A program made the position numbers and the translations under genes. The notes beneath the pieces were generated by a model. The model made no database searches, had not been told where the DNA came from, and was given only the letters and a program-made list of their open reading frames with translations. This document shows positions 17,503-27,944 of a stretch of DNA of 64,000 bases, one piece after another (positions within the stretch are counted from its first letter, which is position 1; each line of letters opens with the position of its first letter). The DNA is from Candidatus Poseidoniaceae archaeon (lineage in GTDB: Archaea > Thermoplasmatota > Poseidoniia > Poseidoniales > Poseidoniaceae): the NCBI GenBank assembly GCA_965662895.1, contig CBFIJH010000003.1, positions 29,150 through 93,149 of the forward strand, given 5' to 3'.

Positions 17503-20500
17503 TCATTCCAGGCCTGGCGGCGGTGGGACCGCATCGTAGCCTAATTCGACTCTTCTTCGTTGAACGACATCTTGATCCGCCATCATACGATTGTAGAGGA
17601 CTTGAGCCGCCTGTGCTTTTCGCTCATCGTTGTCTTTGATACGTCGACTCTTGCCACGGATGATGAGCATACCAAAGAGGAAGGTCAGAAGAATTGTCGC
17701 TGCTCCTGCCTGGAAAATCGGCATTTCAAACACATTATCCCATTCAAAGGAATCATCATCTCCTGATGATTTCGAACTGTTGAAAACGTTGAGTCGGATC
17801 GAAACCGTATCCATGGCAATTTCTGCTCCAGGTTCAGTTACGGTAACAATAAGATTGTAATTTCCTTCAGCATTCGCATTTCCAATGAAAATCTTCGGCT
17901 GGGTCGTCCCGGTCTCTGAGGTAAAAATGAGTGTATGTGAATTTGTCTCAGCCTGTATACCGGTCGATGATTGAAGATCGATTCGTGCTGTAAATCCGTT
18001 ACTCATACTGGTTGTTACCGTACATGTGAACATGAAGTTCCCTCCGGTTACCGAATCCGTTGAATATTGTGTAGGTGAGCATTCCATCGATGCTTCACCC
18101 GCGTTTCTGTTCGGATCGTTTGGCCAGTGGTCAGGCTTGTGAGCACCTGAGGTTTCGTTATCGCCCCAACCATCACCATCCGTGTCGATGTGCTGCGAGG
18201 AGTGCATTGGAAATGCGTCTTCTGCATCAGCGTAGCCATCGCCGTCTGTATCGGGACAACCGATGAGCGTTCCTCTGAAGGCCGTACCATATTCATCCGG
18301 ACATTGGTCAGGATCGGTTCCAGATGACGCATCTCCGAATCCATCCAAATCGTCATCGTACCATTGCGAATTATCGTTCGGCCATAGATCGTTCAGGTCA
18401 GAATATCCATCCCCGTCTGTATCAACGCAACCGAAAACATCGTTCGTCGACGTTCCTGCGTCATTCGGACATGCATCGCCTTGAGTTCCGTTTTGTTCAT
18501 CTCCGTAACCGTCGCTATCCGTATCGTTCCATTGTGTTGATTCGCCAAGGAATGCATCGCTGGAATCCGACATACCATCCCCGTCTTCATCATCGCAACC
18601 GAAGACATCTCGGAATGAAGAGCCCGGAGTTGTCGGACAATCGTCTGCCTCGAAACCAGCAACATTGTCACCAAATCCATCGCCATCTTGGTCAGCATGT
18701 TGTGTCGGCTCATCAGGGAACGCATCGGAACCGTTAATCAGTGTCCATTGCGCATCACCATCGGAGTATCCATCTCCATCCGAATCCGTACAGCCGAGAC
18801 GGTCTTGCGTTGAGTTTCCTGCAACTAGCATGCACCCATCTTCGAGATCGTCGTATCCATCACCGTCTGTGTCGCTTGAGCGACCAGGGTCTGTTGGAAA
18901 CGCATCGTTTTCATCGGAAATACCGTCACCATCTCCATCAATACATCCGAATCGGTCAACTGTCGATGTGCCAGGCACTCCCGGACAGGCATCCGGTTGA
19001 GGTCCAGTCGCATTGTCTCCATATCCATCAGCATCTTGGTCGAGCCATTGATGCTTCAAGGCAGGTAATTCGTCAATGACATCATCCCATCCATCACCAT
19101 CCGAGTCAAGGCAGCCGTATCGATTGCCCTTTGTCGAGTTACCATCCGTGCCGGTACAGGCGTCCGGTGTCGTTCCACCGGGATTGTCGCCGTATCCATC
19201 ACCATCGGCATCGGACCACTGCGTTGCATCATTCGGATGAGAATCCAGCGAATCAGCCCATCCATCTTGGTCAACATCGGGACATCCATACACTGCATTT
19301 TGCCACGAATCGCCAACTTCGGTGGGACATGCATCTGGATAATTTCCGCTTGGATTGTCCCCATATCCATCCCCATCTTGGTCTTCTGATTGCGTTGCAT
19401 CGTTGCGGAAGGCATCTGCGCCTTGAGAAACGTTCCAGAGTCCATCTGCGTCCGAGATACCATCTCCATCTGTATCGGGGCAGCCAATACGATCAACGGT
19501 TGAAAAGCCATACTGTGTTGGACAATCATCAGGATTTGTCCCGCTTGCATTGTCTCCAAAACCATCACCATCCGTGTCAGCACTTTGTGTCGAGTCGGAT
19601 GGGAATGCGTCAGCTCCATCCAGAACCGTCCATTCAGCGTCAGCATCGCTTACACCGTCCCCATCGCCATCAGGGCATCCGTTTCGGTCGACGGTTGAAG
19701 TTCCGAGTTGTGTAGGACAGGCGTCACCGTTCGTTCCGGTAGGATTGTCTCCAAAACCATCGCCATCGAAGTCGGCTTGTTGCGAAGCATCGTTTGGTAA
19801 GATATCAGCACCATCTGCAATGCTCCAAACCGGTCCGTTCGTACCACTTAGATCTTCATCCGATGCCCCGTCAGAATCGCTATCAGGACATCCAAATCGG
19901 TCGATGCTTGAGGTTCCTGCTACGGTTGGGCAAGAATCAGGATTTGTCCCAGTGCTTTCGTCCCCGTACCCATCGCCATCACTGTCTGCCCATTGGGTGG
20001 AATCCGTTGGGAATGCATCGTCGCCGTCTGCATAGCCATCGTTATCGAGATCACTGCAACCAAGGTTGCCGAGTTCAGTCGAGGTTCCAAACGTCGTTGG
20101 ACAGTTATCGGCATTTGCCCCGCTTGCATTGTCGCCATAACCATCTCCATCCTGGTCGGACCATTGGCTTGGCTCATTGGGGAAAGCATCCGCGCCTTCC
20201 GTTGTCGTCCACAAAGCATCCCCATCAGAATAGCCATCTCCATCTGTATCATCGCAACCGTACCTGTCTTGGTGCGATGTTCCGATTGTGTTGATGCATG
20301 AATCGCCCTCGGTTGCCGGAAGGGGATTGTCACCGTATCCATCTCCATCCGTATCGGACCATTGTGTGTCGTCTCCGAGGAATGCATCTGCTCCGTTTGC
20401 AACGGTCCAGACCGATCCATTGATGCCAGTTGGATCAGGATCCGAGGCTCCATCTCCATCTTCATCAGGGCATCCATTGCGGTCGATGTTCGAATAAGCC

Positions 20501-23127
20501 TTGACGAGGTTGCATGCGTCTGCTCCGTTGCTAACTAGCCAAGTTCCATCGTTGTTCGAATAACCATCCCCATCATCATCAAGACAACCAAATCGATCTT
20601 CTGTCGAATTTCCGAGCGTGCCTGTGCAACCGTCCGGTTCGAATCCAGCGGGATTATCGCCATATCCATCAAAATCACTGTCGGCCCATTGCGTAGGAAT
20701 GGAAGGAAATGCATCTGCACCGTTGTTGACAGTCCATGAAGTATCAGGGTTGGAATATCCGTCCGAATCACTATCAGGACAACCGTTTCGGTCGTTGGTC
20801 GACGTACCATAAGTGCTGACACAATCGTCGTCATCATCCTCAAAACCATCGAGATCCTCGTCCTCAGTAAGATTGACCAAGGTTGTTACTTGATTGATTG
20901 CCAAGGCAAAATATTGCGGTCCTGTAGGAACACTTGTCCCGTTGACGTGAACTTCCCAGGTTCCCTGAGCAGGGTTTGCAAATTTCAATCCTCTGAGATT
21001 GTCTCGGTCGTTGGATAATTCAGTCCATGTTCCAGATGGATCTTTGATGGCCAAATCCAAATCATTGACAAGATTCACCGAAGCAACCGTCGTACTCTCA
21101 GGGTCAATCCACGACAAAGCAATGTTGAGGTCAGGAGCAGATGCTGGAATATTGAAACTCCATCCGCGGCTCTCTGATGTTGATACGCTCTCGTCTTCAA
21201 TGAAGGTAGCATTCAACGCATTTCGGAGATCTACTCTCCCCCATCCTTCGTGATTGTTTGGAGCAGTTTCACCTGCCCCGTTTGTTGCTGAACTGTATTG
21301 CCCAACCATGTCGGTAGCGCTCGCAGCGAAAATGGCTTTGACGAGTGCAGAACTTGGGTCGAGATGACCCCGGTTATCAATGAGGTGCTCTAGGAGTAGC
21401 GCAGTCGCTCCTGCCGTCAAGGGGGTTGCCATGCTTGTTCCACCCATGTAGGTATAGGAAGAGTTGTAGGCCAGCCAGCCAACGTCGGTGGTTGACCTTG
21501 ATTTGGTGGAAAGAATGAATGTACCTGGCGCAGAGATGTCTGGCTTGATTCGTCCGTCATCGACTGGTCCGCGACTTGAAAATGCAGCCATGCCACTTGC
21601 GTTATCGGCACGACGGTCGTTGTTGATGGGGGCTCCGTATGACGAACCCCATATGTAATTGAGGCTAGGCCGGTTATTCTCACTTGCTCCAACAGAGAAA
21701 ACGTTCTTTGCTGTTGCTGGACTTCCTAACGAATCATCATCAATTTCTCCGTTGTTTGGAGTTGAGTCGACCCCGGAATTTCCTGCTGCGAACAGAATTG
21801 TCATGTTTTGATGGTCTCGGGCTCCGAGATCAGCCTGAACCGAACGAAGTGTGTAAACTCCAAAACCTGAACTCGTCGAACCCCACGAGTTGGTGTGAAC
21901 TCGTGAACCGTTTTCAGCAGCAGGATCGAACAATTCAGCGATGTCGTCTGGAAGCCCGAGCAGTGAGTACCTTTCGTCGCCGGGAGTGGTTGGATTGTCA
22001 CCATTTGCGCACCAGGCTCCTACGGCTTGAAAGTAAAGCCGTGCTTCCGGTGCGATTCCTTTGATGTTTCCTGAGGAATCAGTACCGTCACCAAGCACCG
22101 AGCCAGCGACGTGCGTGCCATGACCGTCAATATCCGAGGCTCCGTCATCTGCGACAGAACCGCACCAAGTTGCTTCAGCATTTGTCATCGAAAAAGAGAT
22201 GATGTCCACGATATGGTCTCTGAAATCAGGGTGCATTGTCGAATCGTTTGTTCCACTATCTAGGCCAGAATCTGCAACTGCGACAATAATTCCAGTACCA
22301 TCAACTTGATTCCAGGATGAATCGATTCCGCTCATTGTTGATTGATCCCACAAATCTGTGGCTTTGATGACCGAATCAGCAGCATCGTTGTAGTGAGTGT
22401 ACCAATGTTCTTCTTCCAACCATTCGATTTCATCTTGGTTCGCCAACCATGCGATTGCTTTCGAATTCGGGTCGACATTAACCCCAGCAAAACGACCGGA
22501 GTGATACCGAACCTCCATGCCATCGACTGAAGAAATCTCCTCCGGGAGGGAATAACCACTCAGCAGAAGGTTGACAGGAACCATATCCTGATTGTAGAAC
22601 GTCGTCGCTGGACCAATGCTGATTCCATTCATGACTTTTGCAAGTCCTAGGCTGATTTTGTCCGTTGGGTCGAGTTTTACCAACCCCTCAACACCCAACG
22701 AGCGGAGTTTCTCAGTGGAATGTTGTTCCAGCTTACAACTGAATCCATTCGGAGGAATGAACGAAGAACAATCAATGCCAGCCCCCTTGAGTTCACCTTT
22801 CCACTCCGTCGGAACCGGATAGGTGTGTGTGAGGACATAATATCCACTGAGCGTACTTTCGAATGCGTGCTCGGACCATTCTGCAATCGGAGTAACCGTT
22901 GCATCTCGATAGAGCAAATTGATCGTTCCTGTGCCTTCACTGGAATCGTACCAGCCTCGAGCGTGGTCGTTCAATGGAAAGACGCCCATCGTGGCAAGTA
23001 AATCCAATTCAGCGTTCGTATCAACTTGGATTTCTGGAGCCGATTGACTCGAGGCAAACGGTGTTGCCAGATGGGTGATCATAAGAAACACGAGAAAGGT
23101 CGCAACTCTTGTCCGATTGGCCGCCAT
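17503..23127 (-). CDS. Large membrane-anchored S8 (subtilisin-like, KP-43-like) serine protease with TSP3-like Ca-binding repeats
   Basis: Signal peptide; VADSG, HGTHVAGS, AAGN and GTSMATP catalytic motifs; EGWGRVDL and VNDLDL C-terminal domain; long DxDGDG repeat stalk; C-terminal TM helix and PPPP tail. Confidence 0.93.
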   Translation of the reverse strand: MAANRTRVATFLVFLMITHLATPFASSQSAPEIQVDTNAELDLLATMGVFPLNDHARGWYDSSEGTGTINLLYRDATVTPIAEWSEHAFESTLSGYYVLTHTYPVPTEWKGELKGAGIDCSSFIPPNGFSCKLEQHSTEKLRSLGVEGLVKLDPTDKISLGLAKVMNGISIGPATTFYNQDMVPVNLLLSGYSLPEEISSVDGMEVRYHSGRFAGVNVDPNSKAIAWLANQDEIEWLEEEHWYTHYNDAADSVIKATDLWDQSTMSGIDSSWNQVDGTGIIVAVADSGLDSGTNDSTMHPDFRDHIVDIISFSMTNAEATWCGSVADDGASDIDGHGTHVAGSVLGDGTDSSGNIKGIAPEARLYFQAVGAWCANGDNPTTPGDERYSLLGLPDDIAELFDPAAENGSRVHTNSWGSTSSGFGVYTLRSVQADLGARDHQNMTILFAAGNSGVDSTPNNGEIDDDSLGSPATAKNVFSVGASENNRPSLNYIWGSSYGAPINNDRRADNASGMAAFSSRGPVDDGRIKPDISAPGTFILSTKSRSTTDVGWLAYNSSYTYMGGTSMATPLTAGATALLLEHLIDNRGHLDPSSALVKAIFAASATDMVGQYSSATNGAGETAPNNHEGWGRVDLRNALNATFIEDESVSTSESRGWSFNIPASAPDLNIALSWIDPESTTVASVNLVNDLDLAIKDPSGTWTELSNDRDNLRGLKFANPAQGTWEVHVNGTSVPTGPQYFALAINQVTTLVNLTEDEDLDGFEDDDDDCVSTYGTSTNDRNGCPDSDSDGYSNPDTSWTVNNGADAFPSIPTQWADSDFDGYGDNPAGFEPDGCTGTLGNSTEDRFGCLDDDGDGYSNNDGTWLVSNGADACNLVKAYSNIDRNGCPDEDGDGASDPDPTGINGSVWTVANGADAFLGDDTQWSDTDGDGYGDNPLPATEGDSCINTIGTSHQDRYGCDDTDGDGYSDGDALWTTTEGADAFPNEPSQWSDQDGDGYGDNASGANADNCPTTFGTSTELGNLGCSDLDNDGYADGDDAFPTDSTQWADSDGDGYGDESTGTNPDSCPTVAGTSSIDRFGCPDSDSDGASDEDLSGTNGPVWSIADGADILPNDASQQADFDGDGFGDNPTGTNGDACPTQLGTSTVDRNGCPDGDGDGVSDADAEWTVLDGADAFPSDSTQSADTDGDGFGDNASGTNPDDCPTQYGFSTVDRIGCPDTDGDGISDADGLWNVSQGADAFRNDATQSEDQDGDGYGDNPSGNYPDACPTEVGDSWQNAVYGCPDVDQDGWADSLDSHPNDATQWSDADGDGYGDNPGGTTPDACTGTDGNSTKGNRYGCLDSDGDGWDDVIDELPALKHQWLDQDADGYGDNATGPQPDACPGVPGTSTVDRFGCIDGDGDGISDENDAFPTDPGRSSDTDGDGYDDLEDGCMLVAGNSTQDRLGCTDSDGDGYSDGDAQWTLINGSDAFPDEPTQHADQDGDGFGDNVAGFEADDCPTTPGSSFRDVFGCDDEDGDGMSDSSDAFLGESTQWNDTDSDGYGDEQNGTQGDACPNDAGTSTNDVFGCVDTDGDGYSDLNDLWPNDNSQWYDDDLDGFGDASSGTDPDQCPDEYGTAFRGTLIGCPDTDGDGYADAEDAFPMHSSQHIDTDGDGWGDNETSGAHKPDHWPNDPNRNAGEASMECSPTQYSTDSVTGGNFMFTCTVTTSMSNGFTARIDLQSSTGIQAETNSHTLIFTSETGTTQPKIFIGNANAEGNYNLIVTVTEPGAEIAMDTVSIRLNVFNSSKSSGDDDSFEWDNVFEMPIFQAGAATILLTFLFGMLIIRGKSRRIKDNDERKAQAAQVLYNRMMADQDVVQRRRVELGYDAVPPPPGLE
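18100..20868 (-). repeat. About 15 Cys-paired thrombospondin type-3-like repeats (coding)
   Basis: Unit D-x-C-x4-G-x-S-x2-D-R-x-G-C-x-D-x-D-G-D-G...DAFP-x-D-x-TQW-x-D-x-DGDG-x-GD; 15 Cys-pair units counted in the translation. Confidence 0.85.
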
Positions 23128-23166
23128 GGGTGCATCTTAACACCGGTTACTCATCAATGATTTGCA

Positions 23167-25071
23167 TTGAGCAGTGTTCAACAAATAACGAGGATTGAAA
23201 ACGGGTTCATGTCAGCACACAACATGCGCGGTATGGGCTCAAGTAGCGGTGATGCGATGGAGCCTGCCGATATTAATGAAAAATCACAGATTGTTGGCCG
23301 CCAAATTTGGCGTGTTGTTCCTTACGCAAAGCGATATCCGGGAAGGGTTCTTTCGGGAATCCTTGGAAATGCCATGGCACGTTTCTTTGACTTGATGCCG
23401 TTTGTTGCAATTGGCTTGGCGGTCGATTACTTCACGGGAGGTGCTCTTTTGGGCCCTCAACTTGTTCAGGATTTTGTAACCTCTTTTGGTAGCGACCCAG
23501 CGATTGGGTACGGAATTCTCATCTTCCTTGGATTCTTTTTCTTGGCAATTTTCCAAGGAATTTCAGAGTATTCATGGCAAACGCTTGGTTACAAAATCCA
23601 ACACGACCTGCGGATGGATGCTACAAAGTCACTGATCGCCATGGAAGCGTCGTACTACGATATGCGGCAAACCGGTCAAATTATGGCAGTTCTCTCGAGC
23701 GATGTCAATCAGTTGGAAGACGTTGTTTCGGATTCATCAACATCCATTATCCGGATTATCGTCACGTTTTTCACCGCTTTTCTCATTCTCGTCTTGATGT
23801 CTTGGAAACTTGCAATCGTGTTGTTCGGTCCAATCATATTCATCGTACCAATCGTGTATTGGTTCTCGACCAGTGTGCAACGAAAGTATCGAAAACAACG
23901 TGAATCCACAGGAGATATTACCGCAGTTCTGGAGAATCTCATATCCGGTATCGCCGTCGTTCAAGCCTACAATGCTGAAGAGTGGGAAGCGAATCGAGTG
24001 GACCGAGAATCTGGAGCCTATCGTGACCAAGCCATGGGCGCAAGTCAAGACCGGAACCGTTTCATTCCAATGATCTACGTTGTCGCCGGCGTTGCTTTTG
24101 GCCTGTTGGTGACGGCTGGGGGATGGCTTGCAAAAGAAGGAGAAATCACAACCGGACAGTTGGTGACATTCCTGCTCATTAGCACTCGAATGACCATGCC
24201 GATGTTCATTTTCGGCATTCTCGTCAATCAACTTCAGCGTGGTGAAGCTGCGGCCCGTCGTGTTTTCGCAGCGATTGATTTGGAACCCACAATCGTTGAC
24301 GATGAAGGTGCAGTTGAACTTCTTGGTCCGATTGAATCCATTGAATTCAAAGACGTTCATTTCACATACCCAAATACCACAACCAAGGTGCTAAGCGGCA
24401 TTTCTTTCGAGGTCGCAGGAGGTCAGTTTCTTGGCGTTATGGGCCATACAGGTGCAGGTAAAACAACCATCCTGAAGTTGTTGATGCGCTATTATGTCCC
24501 AGATTCTGGAGAAGTTCTCATCAACGGAAACAACATCAACACCTACACACTCTCCAGCGTTCGTGAAGCGATTGGTTTCGTAAGTCAAGATCCGTTCCTG
24601 TTCTATGGTTCGATTCGTGATAACGTTCAATACAACCAAACTGCCAATGAAGATGATCTACGAAAAGCTCTGGAACTTGCCGGAGCCTTGGAATTCGTTG
24701 AGGAACTTGAAGACGGGATTGAAACAATGGTCGGTGATCGAGGTGCAATGCTGAGTGGAGGGCAACGTGCTCGTGTTTCGCTTGCTCGGGCCCTTCTCAA
24801 GAAACCATCTTTGTTAATTCTGGATGAAGCATCGAGTGCTTTGGATGCAGAGACGGAACGTCGAATTCAAGAGAACCTTCTCAGCACAGGTTCTGGGCGT
24901 GGGACGATTGCAGTCGCTCATCGACTGAGCACAATTCGAAATGCGAATGAGATTCTTGCAATGGTTGATGGTGCAGTTGTCGAACGTGGAAAGCACGATG
25001 AACTTCTCGAGCATCAAGGCGTATACTCGAGTCAGTGGACCATACAGACCGGTGATATGGCAGGGATGTAA
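23167..25071 (+). CDS. ABC exporter, fused permease/ATPase (MsbA/MdlB-like)
   Basis: Six-TM N-terminal domain, Walker A GHTGAGKT, signature LSGGQ, Walker B LILDEASSALD and AHRLSTI. The true start is probably a downstream ATG (~23209-23257). Confidence 0.92.
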   Translation: MSSVQQITRIENGFMSAHNMRGMGSSSGDAMEPADINEKSQIVGRQIWRVVPYAKRYPGRVLSGILGNAMARFFDLMPFVAIGLAVDYFTGGALLGPQLVQDFVTSFGSDPAIGYGILIFLGFFFLAIFQGISEYSWQTLGYKIQHDLRMDATKSLIAMEASYYDMRQTGQIMAVLSSDVNQLEDVVSDSSTSIIRIIVTFFTAFLILVLMSWKLAIVLFGPIIFIVPIVYWFSTSVQRKYRKQRESTGDITAVLENLISGIAVVQAYNAEEWEANRVDRESGAYRDQAMGASQDRNRFIPMIYVVAGVAFGLLVTAGGWLAKEGEITTGQLVTFLLISTRMTMPMFIFGILVNQLQRGEAAARRVFAAIDLEPTIVDDEGAVELLGPIESIEFKDVHFTYPNTTTKVLSGISFEVAGGQFLGVMGHTGAGKTTILKLLMRYYVPDSGEVLINGNNINTYTLSSVREAIGFVSQDPFLFYGSIRDNVQYNQTANEDDLRKALELAGALEFVEELEDGIETMVGDRGAMLSGGQRARVSLARALLKKPSLLILDEASSALDAETERRIQENLLSTGSGRGTIAVAHRLSTIRNANEILAMVDGAVVERGKHDELLEHQGVYSSQWTIQTGDMAGM

Positions 25072-25365
25072 TCAGGTACGCTCAAGGATTGGGCGAAGGA
25101 TGGTTGTCATCTGTTCTTGGGTACTCACTGGGATGAACGCTTTGTTCCCCCACAAAATGAGTACAGAAATGAAGAAAAACAGTGGGATACCTACAATGAG
25201 TGACCAAATTGCAACCGTAAGATCGAGGAAGTAATAGTCTTCGAACAATTCCGAGACAATGATGGTTCCGAACAATACGATAACACGTGAGAAGGTGAGT
25301 ACTGAACGTATGGTAAGCCAAATCTCTTCCTCGTCTGATTTCTCATGAACCAGCCGTTCAGCCAT
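25072..25365 (-). CDS. Small hypothetical membrane protein (2 TM)
   Basis: 97-aa ORF from ATG 25365 with two hydrophobic helices; fills the gap between convergent genes. Confidence 0.6.
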   Translation of the reverse strand: MAERLVHEKSDEEEIWLTIRSVLTFSRVIVLFGTIIVSELFEDYYFLDLTVAIWSLIVGIPLFFFISVLILWGNKAFIPVSTQEQMTTILRPILERT

Positions 25366-25414
25366 GAGGCATCTTGTTTTCATTCATTGAAAGGCGTTGC
25401 GTCGATTATGCGAC

Positions 25415-26578
25415 TCAAAGTGTACGTTCACGGTCATCAATCTGACGACCAACGCCTGCTGCACCGCCGGTCCGACGGATTTCTCGCCAGGCTTTGTTGA
25501 CACCCTGCCCATATGCCCAATGAGCAAGAAAAACGAACAGTGGCGCCAACGCAACGGTTCCGAAGGATCGGTGTGGGCTTGTGCCGATAGCTGCCCCAAG
25601 CCATGAGAGGCCGACATAAAGGCCCATGATGCCGAGCGTTCCGTGAACGGCAAGCCGAGACAACGTCCACTCGCCATCGAGGGAAAACCATGGATAATCG
25701 GTCGCCCCTCCAGTAGCAACACCACCGATCAATGCGAGAACAGACAAGGCAACCAGCCAAGGAAAGAATCCGATGGCAGTGTGCGACCATGTTGCAATTT
25801 CCGGCCACCGTTTGTTGGCGACCATTCGTGTGTAACCGTAATTGCGCATTTGCTTCATGTACGGTTTGAACGGGCGTCGTCGTCGGTGAGGCATAACATT
25901 TGAAGGGTCGATGAAGAGTTTGTGACCCTCCCGTTGAATTTTCGCATCGAGGACAACATCTTCAGCACCTATACATCCAGGCTCAAAGAAATTGACCTGT
26001 CGAAGGTTCTCCATTCTGTGTGCACAATTCACGCCAGGATTGTGTGTGATTGGTACCAATTCTCCACGTGGCTGGGCACCATATCGTGTTCCTGCAGTCA
26101 TGAATTTTGTACAAAATGCCACATCTGCACATTTTGCTCCGAATGGGTCCTCATCCGGGGCAAAATTCGGCCCTCCGACTGCACCAACTTCAGGGTCCTT
26201 GAACCATCGAATCAATTTCTCAGCCCAATCTAGGGGCGGGATTGTATCATCATCGGTAAACAAGACCAAGTCGTGATCCATTTGTCGAAGTGCGAAATTG
26301 CATGCATCAGCTCGGTTGGTCGAAGGATCTTCAATCCAAGTGACACCGTATTTGTCGCATACGTCCTTTGTGTGATCTCTCGACTTGGAATCCGATATAA
26401 CGATTTCAATATCAGGATAGGTCTGTTGCGTTAACCTATCGAGAACAATATCGAGTTCATCTGCATTGTTGATGGTTGGAATTAAAATGGCAACCTTGTA
26501 AGGTTCACCATCTTCTTTGAGGACGGGTTCCACCATGATGCCCCGTGTTGGAACTACCATATCAAAAAGATGCTTCAT
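25415..26578 (-). CDS. Glycosyltransferase family 2 with C-terminal TM helices
   Basis: ILIPT, DSKSRD, FTDDD (DxD), AEDV and QMRNY (QxxRW-like) motifs. The start may be a later ATG. Confidence 0.88.
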   Translation of the reverse strand: MKHLFDMVVPTRGIMVEPVLKEDGEPYKVAILIPTINNADELDIVLDRLTQQTYPDIEIVISDSKSRDHTKDVCDKYGVTWIEDPSTNRADACNFALRQMDHDLVLFTDDDTIPPLDWAEKLIRWFKDPEVGAVGGPNFAPDEDPFGAKCADVAFCTKFMTAGTRYGAQPRGELVPITHNPGVNCAHRMENLRQVNFFEPGCIGAEDVVLDAKIQREGHKLFIDPSNVMPHRRRRPFKPYMKQMRNYGYTRMVANKRWPEIATWSHTAIGFFPWLVALSVLALIGGVATGGATDYPWFSLDGEWTLSRLAVHGTLGIMGLYVGLSWLGAAIGTSPHRSFGTVALAPLFVFLAHWAYGQGVNKAWREIRRTGGAAGVGRQIDDRERTL

Positions 26579-27810
26579 TCATCATCATCATCTCGCTTGA
26601 GATGTTTGATGTCGCGAATGTTTGAACCGACTTCGGGTAGTTCAGCCATCGTTTTCTGCATTCCCTCCGTTACTTTGAGTGCCTCAAGTTTCCTTCCAGA
26701 AGGAATAATTCGAGAATCGTACGTCGCCACGGCATCGTTGTACGCACCAACGACAGTGTTGAGATTTCGACCAAGTTTCGCAAGGTCATGGCTAAATTTG
26801 GTCGCACGTTCGTAGAATTCTTTGGCTTGGCCGTGAATTTCACGAGCGTTTTCAGCCATCGATTGCTGATGCCAGTACAATCCAACCGTTCGCAAAAGAG
26901 CGAGAAGTGTTACTGGAGTGACAATTAGGACATGCTTGCTGAAAGCGTACTCTTGCAGACTTGGCTCGTATTCAAATGCCGTAGAAAGTATCGGTTCTGC
27001 AGGAATAAACATGACAGTGAAATCGGTACCTTCGAGCAAACGTGGATAATCACGAGATGCCAAGTCATTGATGTGTTTTTTGACGTCGTTTGCATGTTCT
27101 TTCATCTTCAATGCTCGAGCCTCACCGTCGTCAAGTTCCAATCCATCCCAATAAGCTGCAAGTGGAACCTTGGAATCAACAGGAACATGGCCCCCATTTG
27201 GAATCTTTGCGAGAAGATCAACGCGCGCCCCACCAGCTCCGGATTTCAGTGTGACTTCAACATCGAAATCACAGTGCTCAAGCATACCAGCGGCCTCTGC
27301 TATATTTTTCAGTGCGACCTGCCCCCAGTTCCCACGGGCCTTGATTGAACCACGGAGTGCAGTTGAAAGTTTGACATTGGTATCTCGCAGATTTGTTGTC
27401 TGTTCCTGAAGCCCTTCGACCATTCGCTTGATGCCTTGGTATGCACCCTCTCTGTTTTTCTCCATTTCATTCGTTGCCTTCTCCAATTTTTGCAGATGAT
27501 CCTTGATTGGAGAGACAAGAAGTTCAACTTCTTTCTTTCGGGCATCATAATCTTTGTTTGCTTCGGATTGAACTTTGCCCAATCGCTCCTCTGCAAGGCG
27601 GAGGAAGTCTTCAGAATTTTGTCGTGCGACAGCAGTGGCTACATTCTCCATTTCAGAAATAAGTGTTGCTTTGTTCCCTTGTGCGGCTTGGGCCTCAGCC
27701 TCCGCTCGGACCAGGGCGGTGGAAAATTTCATTTTTGCAAGAACCCATCCGAATCCTATTCCTAAGCAACTTGCCATAATGATGATGACGATATCAAGTG
27801 CTTCTGTCAT
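26575..27810 (-). CDS. rmuC: DNA recombination protein RmuC
   Basis: N-terminal TM helix and coiled coil; RGNWGQ, VDSKVPL, FTVMFIPAE and VTPVTLLALL motifs. Start ATG 27810. Confidence 0.88.
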   Translation of the reverse strand: MTEALDIVIIIMASCLGIGFGWVLAKMKFSTALVRAEAEAQAAQGNKATLISEMENVATAVARQNSEDFLRLAEERLGKVQSEANKDYDARKKEVELLVSPIKDHLQKLEKATNEMEKNREGAYQGIKRMVEGLQEQTTNLRDTNVKLSTALRGSIKARGNWGQVALKNIAEAAGMLEHCDFDVEVTLKSGAGGARVDLLAKIPNGGHVPVDSKVPLAAYWDGLELDDGEARALKMKEHANDVKKHINDLASRDYPRLLEGTDFTVMFIPAEPILSTAFEYEPSLQEYAFSKHVLIVTPVTLLALLRTVGLYWHQQSMAENAREIHGQAKEFYERATKFSHDLAKLGRNLNTVVGAYNDAVATYDSRIIPSGRKLEALKVTEGMQKTMAELPEVGSNIRDIKHLKRDDDDE

Positions 27811-27944
27811 ATCCTTCACTTGTGCCGAGGGTTCTTGAAGACGTCGGCGAAATAGGTAGGTCATCCAACGCGCGAAAAGCGCATTACCGGAATAGTAAGT
27901 TCATAAGCCGTCGAAGTGAGTCGTTATGCATAGGGGTGCCTCAG

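Noticed and set aside
18048-20849. Many 60-200 aa alternative-frame and antisense ORFs over the TSP3 region
   Set aside because: Shadow ORFs arising from the repetitive Asp/Gly codons of the real protease gene.
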